A stretch of 64,000 bases of DNA from a virus, in the IMG/VR virus record IMGVR_UViG_3300042549_009011, positions 64,001 through 128,000 of that record; one strand, given 5' to 3'. Positions 19,481 to 29,885 of this stretch are shown here, piece by piece. Position 1 is the first letter of the stretch; the number at the start of each line of letters is the position of its first letter. Under the pieces are notes generated by a model, which did no database searches, was not told where the DNA came from, and was given only the letters and a program-made list of their open reading frames with translations. A program made the position numbers and the translations under genes.

Positions 19481-21021
19481 TTTACTCTTACGAATTAGAA
19501 AAAAAAGTCCTTAGTGGCTTACTACAGCATCAACACAAGTGGGCAGAAGTATCTACCCTTATTAAAGAAAATGATTTTTATAGTGAAGATTCAAAAGTCA
19601 ATATATCCATTTTTAAATTAATTAGAAATGCTCTAGACAATAAAGAAAGTATTGATGAAACAATTTTGGTGCAGAGACTTTTGCAATTAAAAGTTTCATT
19701 TCCAGATAGTATAGATATTACAGAATATGTTTACTCTCTTGCATTTTTTAAAATCTCAGAGGATGTGTTCTTCACTTCTTTAAAAGAACTTAAAAAGTTC
19801 ACAGCAAGAAGAGAGATATACAAATCTTGTAAAGAAGTAGCTTCTTTCGTTAAGAACGCAGATCCGAATTTAAAATACTCTGAAATTGTAGACAAGGCAG
19901 ATAAGCTTTATAACGATGGTATTCAAGGATTTGAATCTCTTGATCGTGGTGCAGTTAATTTGTTTGATTTGGCAGAACCAATGATTGAAGAAAGAGGTAA
20001 CAACCCAGTCACTGAGTTTGGTTTGATGGGTCCTCATAAAAGAATTAATGAGATTTATGGCTCTCTTTTTCGTGGCGGGAATATAGCAATTATTATTGCT
20101 AGGGCTAAAGTTGGTAAGACTTCATTTTGTTTAGACTACGCCACTAAGGTTTCGATGGCTAATAATAACACCCCTATTCTACATTTTGATAATGGAGAAA
20201 TGAGTGAAGAAGAACTTATTATGAGACAAATGTCAGCAATGACTGGACTCCCAATGTATCTTTTTGAAACTGGCAAGTGGAGAACTTCTACTTATAAAGG
20301 AATGTCTTCTAAACAAATTGTTGATTTAACAAGAGCTACATTTAAAAAACTCAAAGGAACACAATTCTTCTATGAAAACGTTGCTGGCATGAATGTTGAG
20401 GAAATGGTTTCTCTCTTGAAAAGACATTATTATTCAAAAGTTGGTCGCGGCAATAAAATGATTTTTAGCTTTGACTATATTAAGAGCGACTTTTCTAATG
20501 CTGGCAAAGGAGAAGGATGGATGTTGGTTGCTAAGATGATGGATAGATTTAAACAGTGTATTCATAGAGAGCTTTGTTTTGATGGAGAAAGACCTGTAGC
20601 TATGCTTAGTTCGGTTCAAGCCAACAGAGCAGGTATCACAACAAGAAGAGCAGTAGAAGATATTGTTGAAGATGAAAGTGTTATTTCTCTTTCTGACTCG
20701 ATTGTCCAATTCTGTTCTCACGCTTTCCTTCTCAGGAAGAAAGTTGCTGAAGAAATTCAAGCAGAAAACGGCAAATTTGGAACACACAAACTAATCAATC
20801 TTGCAGCAAGACATTTAGGTGAAGATGCGATGTCTCACCTTGAACCAGTCACAATGCCAGATGGTTCTAAGAAAGACAATTTCATTAACCTAGATTTCAA
20901 CAACTTTTCGATTATTGAAAAGGGAGATTTAAAAGACATGATTAGAGCGCAATCTGGAGAAGATATAAATTTGGCATCAGACGAATCAAATTCAACCATA
21001 CCAATGGTACTTAGACAATGA
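19477..21021 (+). CDS. dnaB: Replicative DNA helicase
   Basis: N-terminal EKKVL...DFY domain, ARAKVGKT, GEMS, FDYI, VQANR. Confidence 0.92.
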   Translation: MIYSYELEKKVLSGLLQHQHKWAEVSTLIKENDFYSEDSKVNISIFKLIRNALDNKESIDETILVQRLLQLKVSFPDSIDITEYVYSLAFFKISEDVFFTSLKELKKFTARREIYKSCKEVASFVKNADPNLKYSEIVDKADKLYNDGIQGFESLDRGAVNLFDLAEPMIEERGNNPVTEFGLMGPHKRINEIYGSLFRGGNIAIIIARAKVGKTSFCLDYATKVSMANNNTPILHFDNGEMSEEELIMRQMSAMTGLPMYLFETGKWRTSTYKGMSSKQIVDLTRATFKKLKGTQFFYENVAGMNVEEMVSLLKRHYYSKVGRGNKMIFSFDYIKSDFSNAGKGEGWMLVAKMMDRFKQCIHRELCFDGERPVAMLSSVQANRAGITTRRAVEDIVEDESVISLSDSIVQFCSHAFLLRKKVAEEIQAENGKFGTHKLINLAARHLGEDAMSHLEPVTMPDGSKKDNFINLDFNNFSIIEKGDLKDMIRAQSGEDINLASDESNSTIPMVLRQ

Positions 21022-22073
21022 CAGATTACAAAACTATACTTGAGAACCTTGGATATAAGTTGATAGATAGAGGCTCTTTTTGGCAAACAACAGCAGTTTA
21101 TCGCGGAGGAGATAACCCAACCGCAGTTCAAGTGTATAAAAATACAGGGACTTGGAAAGATTATGTAGAAGATACAGAGTTTTTACCTTTCGAGGTTCTG
21201 CTAAAGAAAACATTGAATACCAGAGATGATCTCAAAATAAGAGAATTGCTTAAAGGTATAAAATCCAACATAGAACAAGAAACTAAACAAAAAAAACTTT
21301 TGAGCGAAGAAAAAACATATAATCCAACTTGTCTTAAAAAATTATTGCCTCATTATGACTTTTACTCTAAGCCTCCTCGATCAATAAGTCAGGAAACACT
21401 AAAAGACTACCAATGTGGACTCGCTAATAGCGGTAAACTTTATCAAAGAATAGTGTTTCCTATATTCAACAAAGATGGAAAAATTCATGGATTTTCTGGA
21501 AGAAAAATTTTAGATAAAAATGATTCACCGAAATGGCTTCATTTAGGTAAAAAAACAAACTGGTTCTATCCTTATTATTCTAATCCTAAAACAGAAAATG
21601 CTATAAAAGAAAAACGCTCCGTTTATCTCGTAGAATCAATTGGTGATTCTCTAGCTTTATATGATGCTGGCATCGAGAATAATTTAGTTTGTTTTGGAAC
21701 AGCAATATCTCCAAAATTTATTTCATATCTAAGTTCTTTAAATGTAGATAAAATTTATGTCTCATTAAACAATGACTTTCAAAGTGAAAGAAATCGTGGA
21801 TTCGAAGGCTCACTCAAAGTTATATTTAAACTATCTGAAATAATTGATTTTAAAAAGATTTATTTTGCACCTCCACATAAAAATGATTTTGGAGCGATGA
21901 ATAAAATAGATATAGATTCTTTTAATTCTCAGATAGAAAAGACAGATCATAAACTTTCTATTTCTAATATAATAGAATTTGGAAAACAAATTAATACAGA
22001 GACAAAACAGCCACCAGCATTTTCTAAAAATTTAAAAAATTTGTGCAAACTTTACAATTTCAATTATGGATGA
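21018..22073 (+). CDS. dnaG: DNA primase
   Basis: RIVFPI...GFSGR...KW, TOPRIM LVESIGD, LNND. Confidence 0.88.
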   Translation: MTDYKTILENLGYKLIDRGSFWQTTAVYRGGDNPTAVQVYKNTGTWKDYVEDTEFLPFEVLLKKTLNTRDDLKIRELLKGIKSNIEQETKQKKLLSEEKTYNPTCLKKLLPHYDFYSKPPRSISQETLKDYQCGLANSGKLYQRIVFPIFNKDGKIHGFSGRKILDKNDSPKWLHLGKKTNWFYPYYSNPKTENAIKEKRSVYLVESIGDSLALYDAGIENNLVCFGTAISPKFISYLSSLNVDKIYVSLNNDFQSERNRGFEGSLKVIFKLSEIIDFKKIYFAPPHKNDFGAMNKIDIDSFNSQIEKTDHKLSISNIIEFGKQINTETKQPPAFSKNLKNLCKLYNFNYG

Positions 22074-23127
22074 AATAAAAAATATTCCATTATCTGCGTC
22101 AAGAATAAAAACTCTACAGACATGTAGCTGGTTATACTATTATAATTATGTTCTTAAACTTCCAGATAAATCAAACGAAGGATCTTTAAGAGGAAGTTGT
22201 GTTCACAATATATTTGAATGCTTGGGCAACCCAAGACATAAAAAACATTATAATATAATTGTCAAGAAACAAGATTCATTTGCTTCGTCTGTAGTAGAAA
22301 GATATGTTCGTAAATTTGCAAAAAAATATAAGATAGATGATTTTGAAAATATTGATTCTATGAATGCAATGATTTTGTCTGGATTAAATTATGATTTCTT
22401 CAGCAAAAAGCATGGTAAGCCAACCGAATCAATTAGTGAAAAAGATTTTGATATTTCTATAAGCGATGAAAACAAAAACTATAGAATACTTGGATTCATA
22501 GATAAATTATTTTTGTTTAAGAAAAAAAGCACGGCATTGATTAGAGATTTTAAATCTTCGAAATCAGTTTTTTCTGGCTATGAAATAACAGATAATATTC
22601 AGCATCTAATGTATTGTTTGGCGGTTAAACACCTCTATCCAGAATATGCCAAAAGAGATATGGAATTTCTTTTCTTAAAATTCGATCCAGAGAATGGTGG
22701 ACTTTTAGTAATGGAAGATGTTGAAGAAGACGAGCTTGAAGGCTTTGAATTTTTCTTGAGTGAAATACAAAAAGTTATCAATAAATTTGATAGCAAAACA
22801 GCAACATCTTCAATGGCTTACGATAAGGGTTATCCAAGCAAGGACGAAGGCTTCTGCGGCAGAGCAGTTTGCGGCAGAGCAGAATTTGCTGGTCAACTAA
22901 AAAAAGATGGAACTCCAATGTGGCATTGCAAAGCCAAATTTGCACAAAACTTTTGGCTTCTTAAAAATGAAAAAGGAGAAACGATTAAAAGCGCATTCTC
23001 AGATGATAAAAAATCTCTTGAAGAAATTATGGATAAATATCCAAATTCAAAAATAGAAAAATTCGCTTACGAAGGTTGTCCAAAATTTAATAAAAAAATG
23101 GTTGACAAATACGATGCTTTCTTGTAA
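22066..23127 (+). CDS. RecB/AddB/Cas4-like PD-(D/E)XK exonuclease
   Basis: LSASRIKTLQTC, GSCVH, GFIDK...DFKS, QHLMY, C-terminal Cys cluster. Confidence 0.85.
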   Translation: MDEIKNIPLSASRIKTLQTCSWLYYYNYVLKLPDKSNEGSLRGSCVHNIFECLGNPRHKKHYNIIVKKQDSFASSVVERYVRKFAKKYKIDDFENIDSMNAMILSGLNYDFFSKKHGKPTESISEKDFDISISDENKNYRILGFIDKLFLFKKKSTALIRDFKSSKSVFSGYEITDNIQHLMYCLAVKHLYPEYAKRDMEFLFLKFDPENGGLLVMEDVEEDELEGFEFFLSEIQKVINKFDSKTATSSMAYDKGYPSKDEGFCGRAVCGRAEFAGQLKKDGTPMWHCKAKFAQNFWLLKNEKGETIKSAFSDDKKSLEEIMDKYPNSKIEKFAYEGCPKFNKKMVDKYDAFL

Positions 23128-23130
23128 GCT
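23102..23130 (+). promoter_or_regulatory. Sigma70-type promoter for polymerase operon (probably leaderless)
   Basis: TTGACA-17 nt-TAAGCT, 6 nt before GTG 23137. Confidence 0.7.
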
Positions 23131-23136
23131 CAAATT

Positions 23137-23829
23137 GTGATACCATTATTCAAAACTCACGCCTCAATTGGTAAGAGTATTTTAAAAAATTCAGATATAC
23201 TCTCTTTTCAAAAAGATAGAGAATTAAAGCAAGTCGTTATGGTAGAAGATACCTTTTACGGCTTTAGAGAAATTAATCAAAAATTGATAGAGGCTAATAG
23301 TCAATTAATTTTTGGTATAAGATTATCTGTAGTCGAAAATAAAACTGACGAGCTATCTAGCAAGCTTATTTATTTTGCCAAAAATAACGAAGGAGCAAAG
23401 CAGATTAAAAATCTTTATACAAAAGCAAATTGCTCAGACTCTGGAAACTTAGTTTTAAATGAATTAAAACAAGAAGAGTATTCTGAAATAAAAGTCGGCG
23501 TTCCATTTTATGATTCATTTATATATCAGAATATTTTTAATTTTGGACTTTGCGATGTAAACATAAAAAGATTTGACCACTTCTTTTTTGAAGAAAAAAA
23601 TGATCATCCATTTGACGCAATAATTTCGCAACAGCTTAAAAGCTTTTGCAAAAAAACTGTTTTGTCAAAATCTATCTATTACAAGAACAGACAAGATGTT
23701 GAAGCTTTTCAGTTTTATAAAGCAGTATGTAATAGATCAGGCGGCAGGTCGCCAAATTTTGGTAATCCAAATATTGAACATTTTTGTTCTCCAGAATTTT
23801 GTTGGGAATCTTACTTAGAAAATAAATAA
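23137..23829 (+). CDS. Stand-alone PHP domain of DNA polymerase III alpha (degenerate)
   Basis: PLFKTHASIGKS, VMVED...G, IFGIRL, FAKNNEG..QI correspond to the DnaE N-terminal PHP domain. Confidence 0.75.
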   Translation: MIPLFKTHASIGKSILKNSDILSFQKDRELKQVVMVEDTFYGFREINQKLIEANSQLIFGIRLSVVENKTDELSSKLIYFAKNNEGAKQIKNLYTKANCSDSGNLVLNELKQEEYSEIKVGVPFYDSFIYQNIFNFGLCDVNIKRFDHFFFEEKNDHPFDAIISQQLKSFCKKTVLSKSIYYKNRQDVEAFQFYKAVCNRSGGRSPNFGNPNIEHFCSPEFCWESYLENK

Positions 23830-24452
23830 TGCCTTTACCATATAATCAAAAATATATAACTTTCGATACAGAGACAAACGGATTAAATCTAGTTAATGTC
23901 AAGCCTTGGCAAATTGCTTGGACTCTTTCAGAAGGAAGCAAGATAACAAAAGTCTATGACGAATATATAGATTGGTCTGATTTGCATATCAGTGATGAAA
24001 TTGCAAAATTAACAGGATTCAATAAAAAAGAATATAATAGACGCAAAAAACCAGCAGAAGAGATTTTGGCAAAATTCAAAAAAGATTTATTTGATGAATC
24101 AAGAATTGTTATTGGTCAGAATCTAATAGGCTATGATGTTTATGTTGTGGCTTCTTGGCAAAAACATCTTGGAGAAACGCCAGACTATTCTTATATGTCT
24201 CGCATTTATGATACAAGACCTTTGGGCAAAGCTTATAAAGAAGGCATCAATCCACCTTCTGGCAATAAAGACTTTCTTAGCTGGCAATATAAAATTATGC
24301 ATGACAGAAGTTTAAAAGCTAAATCTTCACAACTTTATCAACTTAAAAATTTAGGTATTGACTTTGATGAATCAAAGCTTCATGATGGAGCTTACGATGT
24401 CGAAATGACATTTAAAATTTTCTTAGAACTTAAAAAAAGAATGAGCCTATAA
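23829..24452 (+). CDS. dnaQ: DEDDh 3'-5' exonuclease (Pol III epsilon-like)
   Basis: FDTETNG, GQN..YD, YDT, HDGAYDV. Confidence 0.88.
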   Translation: MPLPYNQKYITFDTETNGLNLVNVKPWQIAWTLSEGSKITKVYDEYIDWSDLHISDEIAKLTGFNKKEYNRRKKPAEEILAKFKKDLFDESRIVIGQNLIGYDVYVVASWQKHLGETPDYSYMSRIYDTRPLGKAYKEGINPPSGNKDFLSWQYKIMHDRSLKAKSSQLYQLKNLGIDFDESKLHDGAYDVEMTFKIFLELKKRMSL

Positions 24453-27019
24453 TGTTTGAAGATTTCCAAATATATAATTGTCACGAACCTGCTGGAGTAG
24501 AACTTCCTAAGATTTCTTTAACTAAAGAAGAGCTTATTGATATTGATGCCAATTTGACAGAGCAAACATCTAGTATAGATGTTTTAAAAAGTCTTGTAAG
24601 AAAAGGTCTTAGAGACAAGGGAATAACCAAGCTCCCAAACAAAGAAGAATATTATAATCGTGCCAAATCAGAATTAGATATTTTTGAAGAACTTGGGTTT
24701 GTTGATTATGTTCTTTTAAACTGGGACATTATTGGTTTCTGCCACAAGAACGACATTCCAGTTGGCAATGCGAGGGGAAGTGCTGCTGGTAGCTTGGTGC
24801 TTTATTTATTGAGAGTGACTAACGTTGATCCAATAGAACATGGTCTTTTCTTTGAGAGATTCGTTTCTAAAAGTCGTGCTAAAAAAATCAAAGATGAAAA
24901 CGGCAAAGAATTTCTTGTAGGTAGTCTATTGCCAGATGTTGACTCTGATATTTCTTATGATCAGAGACAAAGAGTAATTAATTATATTGAAGAGAAGCAT
25001 GTTGGTAAAACTTCTAAAATTCTAACATTCAATACGTTCAGTGCGAAACTCTGCATTAGAGAATCTGTCAAATACTTCGAAGAAGCAAAAGAGGATGATG
25101 CAAACATAGTTAGCGATCTTATTCCTAAGAGTCACGGAGTTGTTTTCTCTTTGGAGAAGTCTAAACAAGAAAACGAAACATTTAAAAAATGGACAGAGCT
25201 TCATGAAAAGGCTTATGAAAACGCTTTAAAAATAGAAGACTTATATAAGAATACTGGAGTCCATCCTTCTGGTATTGCAATCTGTTCTAGAAACATCGAA
25301 GAGATAATGCCTATTCAAAAAACAAAAGACGGAGCATTAGTTTCTGGCTATGATATGAATGGAGTATCTGATTTGATGGTAAAATTCGATATCCTTGGAT
25401 TAAGAACTTTAACAATTGCACATAACACATGCAAAAAGATTGGTATAGATCTTTCTAACATAGATCACAAAGATCCATTTATTTATCAAGTATTCCAAAG
25501 TTTTGAACATCCAGTTGGATTGTTCCAAATTTCAGCAGAAACAAACTTTAAGGTTTGCCAAGAAGTTAAGCCAAATTGCTTGGGCGAGCTTTCTGACGTT
25601 ATAGCATTAGCTAGACCAGCGACTTTACAGTTTATATCGGAATATGTTCAACAGAAAAGGAATCCTCAAAAAATTGGAATTAACGATCAACTAGATGATC
25701 TATTACAAAATTCAAAGAACGTCATGCTTTATCAAGAAACGATGATGTTCGCTGCAAACAAAGTATTTGGTATGAGCCTAGAAGAAGCAGAAACTTTAAG
25801 AAGAGTTGTCGGTAAAAAGAAAATCGAAGAGATCCCAGCTTGGAAAGATAAAATTTATCAAGCAGCAGAAAATAAAAATTTAAGAAAAGAAGTTGCTGAC
25901 TATTTTTGGGCGTTCGTTGAAGCGGCAGGTAACTATTCATTTAACCTTTCTCACTCAATATCCTACGCTATTCTTGCAGCAAAAACAGTTTATCTAAAAT
26001 TCAAACATCCAAAAGAATTTTTCATATCCGTCTTGGAATCATCTCAATTCGAACCAGATCCTCTAACAACAGTAGCGGAAGTAAACCAAGAATTAAGAGA
26101 CTTCAATATCAAATTGCTACCACCTTCTCTTGAGAAATCTCAAATGAACTTTTCGGTAGAAGGAGACAACATAAGATACGGCTTGAATAGCATTAAAGGT
26201 ATTTCAGAAAAATCTTTAAACTCTTTGATTGATTTTAGAGGTAAAGAATTCAATAACAAATATGAAATTTTTACTGCCGCTAAACAATCTGGATTAAACA
26301 TATCAGTATTGTCTGCGTTGATTCAAGCTGGAGCAATGGAGGAGTCTGGTAAAGATAGAAGTAGAACTGTGTTAGAATGCCAAGCTTTCAATTTATTAAC
26401 AGATAGAGAAAAAAGAAATTTCTGTAAAATAGGAGAAAGATTTGGTTATGATATTCTTGATTCGATTTCTGAAGTTGTAGAGAAGAAGATTTTAGGAGAC
26501 GATAACAAGCTGATGATTTCAGAAAAAAGATTTGAAACATTTAAAAATAATTTCAAAAAATATAGAGAAATATATCAGCACAATAAAAAGTTTGAAAAAT
26601 TTGCAAACTGGTGGTATGAAACAACTTTGCTTGGCTACAGCTATTCTAATTGTTTGAAAGATTGTTTCGTTGACGAGTTTGGAGTAATGTCTAATACTTT
26701 AGAAATAAAAGACGTAGCAGATAGAGAGACTTTCAAAACAGCAGTTCAAGTTACTGACTTTTTTGTAAAAACTTCTGCGGCAGGTAATAAATATATGAAC
26801 ATTACAGGCACAGATGAAAAAGGTCTTGCAAAATTCTTATTTATGGATAATAGAAGAGAGTCGAAATTAACAGACTTCTTGGATAGCGGTAATAAAATAA
26901 ACAAAAACGATGTTTTAATATTAACTGGTAGCAAAAGCGGAGACGCACTGTTTGTCGAATCTATAAAAGTTATTGATACAAAAATTTACATGAAAACCAA
27001 AGATCTTAAAAATGACTAA
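24452..27019 (+). CDS. dnaE: DNA polymerase III alpha catalytic core (lacks PHP)
   Basis: RGSAAGSLV, FERF, PDVDSD, HPSG, KFDILGL, YQE, YSFNLSHS..Y. Confidence 0.95.
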   Translation: MFEDFQIYNCHEPAGVELPKISLTKEELIDIDANLTEQTSSIDVLKSLVRKGLRDKGITKLPNKEEYYNRAKSELDIFEELGFVDYVLLNWDIIGFCHKNDIPVGNARGSAAGSLVLYLLRVTNVDPIEHGLFFERFVSKSRAKKIKDENGKEFLVGSLLPDVDSDISYDQRQRVINYIEEKHVGKTSKILTFNTFSAKLCIRESVKYFEEAKEDDANIVSDLIPKSHGVVFSLEKSKQENETFKKWTELHEKAYENALKIEDLYKNTGVHPSGIAICSRNIEEIMPIQKTKDGALVSGYDMNGVSDLMVKFDILGLRTLTIAHNTCKKIGIDLSNIDHKDPFIYQVFQSFEHPVGLFQISAETNFKVCQEVKPNCLGELSDVIALARPATLQFISEYVQQKRNPQKIGINDQLDDLLQNSKNVMLYQETMMFAANKVFGMSLEEAETLRRVVGKKKIEEIPAWKDKIYQAAENKNLRKEVADYFWAFVEAAGNYSFNLSHSISYAILAAKTVYLKFKHPKEFFISVLESSQFEPDPLTTVAEVNQELRDFNIKLLPPSLEKSQMNFSVEGDNIRYGLNSIKGISEKSLNSLIDFRGKEFNNKYEIFTAAKQSGLNISVLSALIQAGAMEESGKDRSRTVLECQAFNLLTDREKRNFCKIGERFGYDILDSISEVVEKKILGDDNKLMISEKRFETFKNNFKKYREIYQHNKKFEKFANWWYETTLLGYSYSNCLKDCFVDEFGVMSNTLEIKDVADRETFKTAVQVTDFFVKTSAAGNKYMNITGTDEKGLAKFLFMDNRRESKLTDFLDSGNKINKNDVLILTGSKSGDALFVESIKVIDTKIYMKTKDLKND

Positions 27020-29327
27020 TCTTCCAATTACAAATCATCTTAAAAGCAACATCCATAAAGCAAAACAATTAGCTGAAAATTTGGGCAGAAATGGAGTTGA
27101 TCCAGATTTAATTCTCTATAGTATTTTAACATATCCTTCTTTGGGATCAGAAGAAATTTTTTCTAACATTTCGTTAGATATAAAATCATTACAAAATGCT
27201 TTAACAGAAGATATCTCTAAAAAGAAAAAAACTAAAATCATTTCTGATCATTTAACTCATAGAACAAAAGAATTATTTCTAAGAGCAGAAAATATTTGTT
27301 TGGAAAATTTTAAAATTGATTATATATGTTCTGAAGCTTTGCTGCTCTGTTTCTTTACAGAAGACTTCATGCCGAAGTGTTTTAAAAAATTTTTTAATAT
27401 TTCCAATGAAGTAGAGCTTTATTCACTAGAGGAAGTTCAAAAGCTATTTGCTTCTACGGCAATTCATATTAAAGATTACAAAGAAGAAAATGAATATGAA
27501 ATAGATTTAAATTTAGAAGAAGATGAAACTCTTCTATTCTTAGACATGTTCGAAGATAATGGAATCTTATCCGAATTTGCAGAAAATCTTAACTTAAAAG
27601 CGGCTCATGGAGCATTTGAGCAAATCGTTGATTTCGATGGTAAGATAAATGAGCTTACAGCTATTCTATGTAGAAAGAAAAAACCGAACGCTATTCTAGT
27701 TGGTGGCGGCGGTGTTGGTAAAAGCTCGATTGTGGAAAGCCTAGCTTTAATGATTGTTAATGGAGAAGCTCCAGAATTGTTAGCTAATAAAGTTATTTAT
27801 TCTTTAAACTTATCTTCTATGGTTGCTGGAACAATGTATAGAGGGCAATTTGAGGAAAGACTTAAAAACTTTGTAGATGAAATAAAAAAATACAACAATA
27901 TCATTCTGTTTATTGATGAAATTCACACTTTAGTTGGCGCTGGAGGAGGAGCTTCTTCTTCTCTTGAGGCTTCGAATGCACTCAAGCCAGAACTGGCAAG
28001 GGGAACGATATCCTGTATTGGGGCCACAACAATTAATGAATATACAGAAAGCATTAAAAAAGATGCAGCTTTAGATAGACGCTTTGAGAGAGTCTTGGTT
28101 AGAGAACCTTCTAAGTTTATTATGAAGCAGATTTTACCGACCATAGTATCTTACTATGAAGAATTTCATGGCGTTGAATACTCAAAAGATTTTACAGATA
28201 ATGTAGTTGAGTTTTGTGAGAAATTTCTTCCAAATAGATTTTATCCAGATAAAGCAGTTACTGTAATTGACCATTGTGGAGCGCAAGCAAAAGTAAACTT
28301 TTGGGAAAGAGATGATTCCATCAAAGAATCTCATCAAAATATTCTTTTTAAAATAAGTGAAAATGGAGAAATACCAGCAGAATTATTTGAAGATCTTAAT
28401 AAAAAATTAGAAAGCTGGGAAGAAAGGCTATCAAAAGAAACGCCAGTTGTAGAAATGCAGCATTTAAAGGACTATTTTGAGAAAAAGAAAAATCCATTAG
28501 CATCTTTTGAAATCTGTAAAGAAGTCTCTTCTTATATTAAGAAAGAATTTGTTGGTCAGAAAAAAGCAATCAAAGATTTCTTTGAGACGATCAACAAGGT
28601 TTCTATGGGTCTTGGCAAAAAGAACTCAAGCTCTTCTCCAGACAGTTATCTTTTTTATGGAGTGAAATCTTCTGGTAAAACATTATTTTCTAAAACCCTA
28701 AAAGATGGATTAGAGAAAAGTGGAGCATCAGTGATTTATTACAATGGATCTCAATTATCTGATAATTATGCTCAATACAAAATCATTTCTGAATTAAACA
28801 GAAACACCACGCTTTGCGAAAAAGTAGTAATGAATCCAAATTGCGTAATCATAGTAGATGACTTTAACAGCATACATCATGATTGCATTAATCTTTTTTC
28901 TCAAATTCTAAAAGAGGGAAGATTACAAATGAGTAATGGCGATATTGCAGATTTTTCAAACTGTAAATTCGTCTTTACTTGTGGAACGAATAATCAGAAG
29001 TCTATGGGCTTTAATTTAGAACAAAGCGAGTTAAATGCAGAAATCAACAAAGACATACTTGCTTTGATCGAAAAAAGCTTCTTACTGACAACTCCTAATA
29101 AAGTAGATCTTAGAAGAATTACATACAATAGACTCAAAGAAATAAAAACAAACTTGGGTTATCAAGATGTTGCTTTCAATTTTGATTTTAATTTAATTAA
29201 AAATATAGTCGATAAAGTTGACTGCAAAGACTGCTGCATTCAAGAGTTGAACTCTATTATTGAAAAAGATATAGTAAATAAAATATCTGAAAAATTACTA
29301 AAGGGAGAAGCCTTGTCATTCTTCTAA
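27012..29327 (+). CDS. ClpA/ClpC-like AAA+ unfoldase
   Basis: Clp N-domain, GGGGVGKS, LFIDEIHTLVGAG, GATT..EY, DAALDRRF, PDKA; second AAA domain degenerate. Confidence 0.9.
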   Translation: MTNLPITNHLKSNIHKAKQLAENLGRNGVDPDLILYSILTYPSLGSEEIFSNISLDIKSLQNALTEDISKKKKTKIISDHLTHRTKELFLRAENICLENFKIDYICSEALLLCFFTEDFMPKCFKKFFNISNEVELYSLEEVQKLFASTAIHIKDYKEENEYEIDLNLEEDETLLFLDMFEDNGILSEFAENLNLKAAHGAFEQIVDFDGKINELTAILCRKKKPNAILVGGGGVGKSSIVESLALMIVNGEAPELLANKVIYSLNLSSMVAGTMYRGQFEERLKNFVDEIKKYNNIILFIDEIHTLVGAGGGASSSLEASNALKPELARGTISCIGATTINEYTESIKKDAALDRRFERVLVREPSKFIMKQILPTIVSYYEEFHGVEYSKDFTDNVVEFCEKFLPNRFYPDKAVTVIDHCGAQAKVNFWERDDSIKESHQNILFKISENGEIPAELFEDLNKKLESWEERLSKETPVVEMQHLKDYFEKKKNPLASFEICKEVSSYIKKEFVGQKKAIKDFFETINKVSMGLGKKNSSSSPDSYLFYGVKSSGKTLFSKTLKDGLEKSGASVIYYNGSQLSDNYAQYKIISELNRNTTLCEKVVMNPNCVIIVDDFNSIHHDCINLFSQILKEGRLQMSNGDIADFSNCKFVFTCGTNNQKSMGFNLEQSELNAEINKDILALIEKSFLLTTPNKVDLRRITYNRLKEIKTNLGYQDVAFNFDFNLIKNIVDKVDCKDCCIQELNSIIEKDIVNKISEKLLKGEALSFF

Positions 29328-29349
29328 AAATTAAAGAAATAAAGATAAA

Positions 29350-29377
29350 AAAAGAGCGGGGCGAACCCCGCTCTTTT
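29350..29377. terminator. Bidirectional intrinsic terminator
   Basis: AAAAGAGCGGGG-CGAA-CCCCGCTCTTTT between convergent genes. Confidence 0.9.
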
Positions 29378-29402
29378 AGTGTTTAGCTTTAATTAGCTAA
29401 TA

Positions 29403-29612
29403 TTAGCCAACATTAGCTGACTTGATGCTAGTTTTAGCAAGCTTACGCTCAACGCGCTTATTACGGTCATAGACGCGAATAAACGAGTTAGTTTCGCCCA
29501 AGAACTGAGCATTCATAACTTCTCCATTATTCGTATAAAGACCGAAGAAGCGACCTTTGGATTGACGAATAGAGTTAAGAGTTCCGATTTGTTGTTTAGT
29601 CATTTTTTTCAT
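29403..29612 (-). CDS. Small basic hypothetical protein
   Basis: ATG 29612 lies 8 nt after TTGACT-17-TAATAT; ends before terminator. Confidence 0.7.
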   Translation of the reverse strand: MKKMTKQQIGTLNSIRQSKGRFFGLYTNNGEVMNAQFLGETNSFIRVYDRNKRVERKLAKTSIKSANVG

Positions 29613-29708
29613 GAGGCAATATATTAGCAAATAAATACGAAAAAGTCAAGCGGAAAATATATATTTTTTTTCATTGACTTTTTTTTTAATTATGTTAATA
29701 TAAATCCA

Positions 29709-29885
29709 ATGAATAGCAAAAAAGCGAAGCAAATTAAAAAAGCTATTATTTCACCTGAAAATAAAAACAATCCAATTTTCAGAAGAATGTATAGAAGACA
29801 TAAAAAACTATATGCAAGAACTCCAGAACAGCAAAAACCAGTATTGCTTAAAGCAATTCAAGAAAAATTTAATTATGAGCGATAA
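29709..29885 (+). CDS. 58-aa basic hypothetical protein (not in ORF track)
   Basis: MNSKKAKQIKKAIISPENKNNPIFRRMYRRHKKLYARTPEQQKPVLLKAIQEKFNYER; ATG 7 nt after TTGACT-16-TAATAT. Confidence 0.7.
   Translation: MNSKKAKQIKKAIISPENKNNPIFRRMYRRHKKLYARTPEQQKPVLLKAIQEKFNYER

Noticed and set aside
22854-22882. 15-nt tandem duplication encoding CGRAVCGRAE
   Set aside because: Short in-frame coding duplication with no sign of separate function
22066-23127. Cas4 as sign of a CRISPR-Cas system
   Set aside because: No other cas genes or array; sits in the replication operon like common phage RecB-family exonucleases
7256-27019. Inteins or introns in nrdA, dnaB, recA, dnaE
   Set aside because: Lengths are compact and no splice-junction or homing endonuclease motifs are seen
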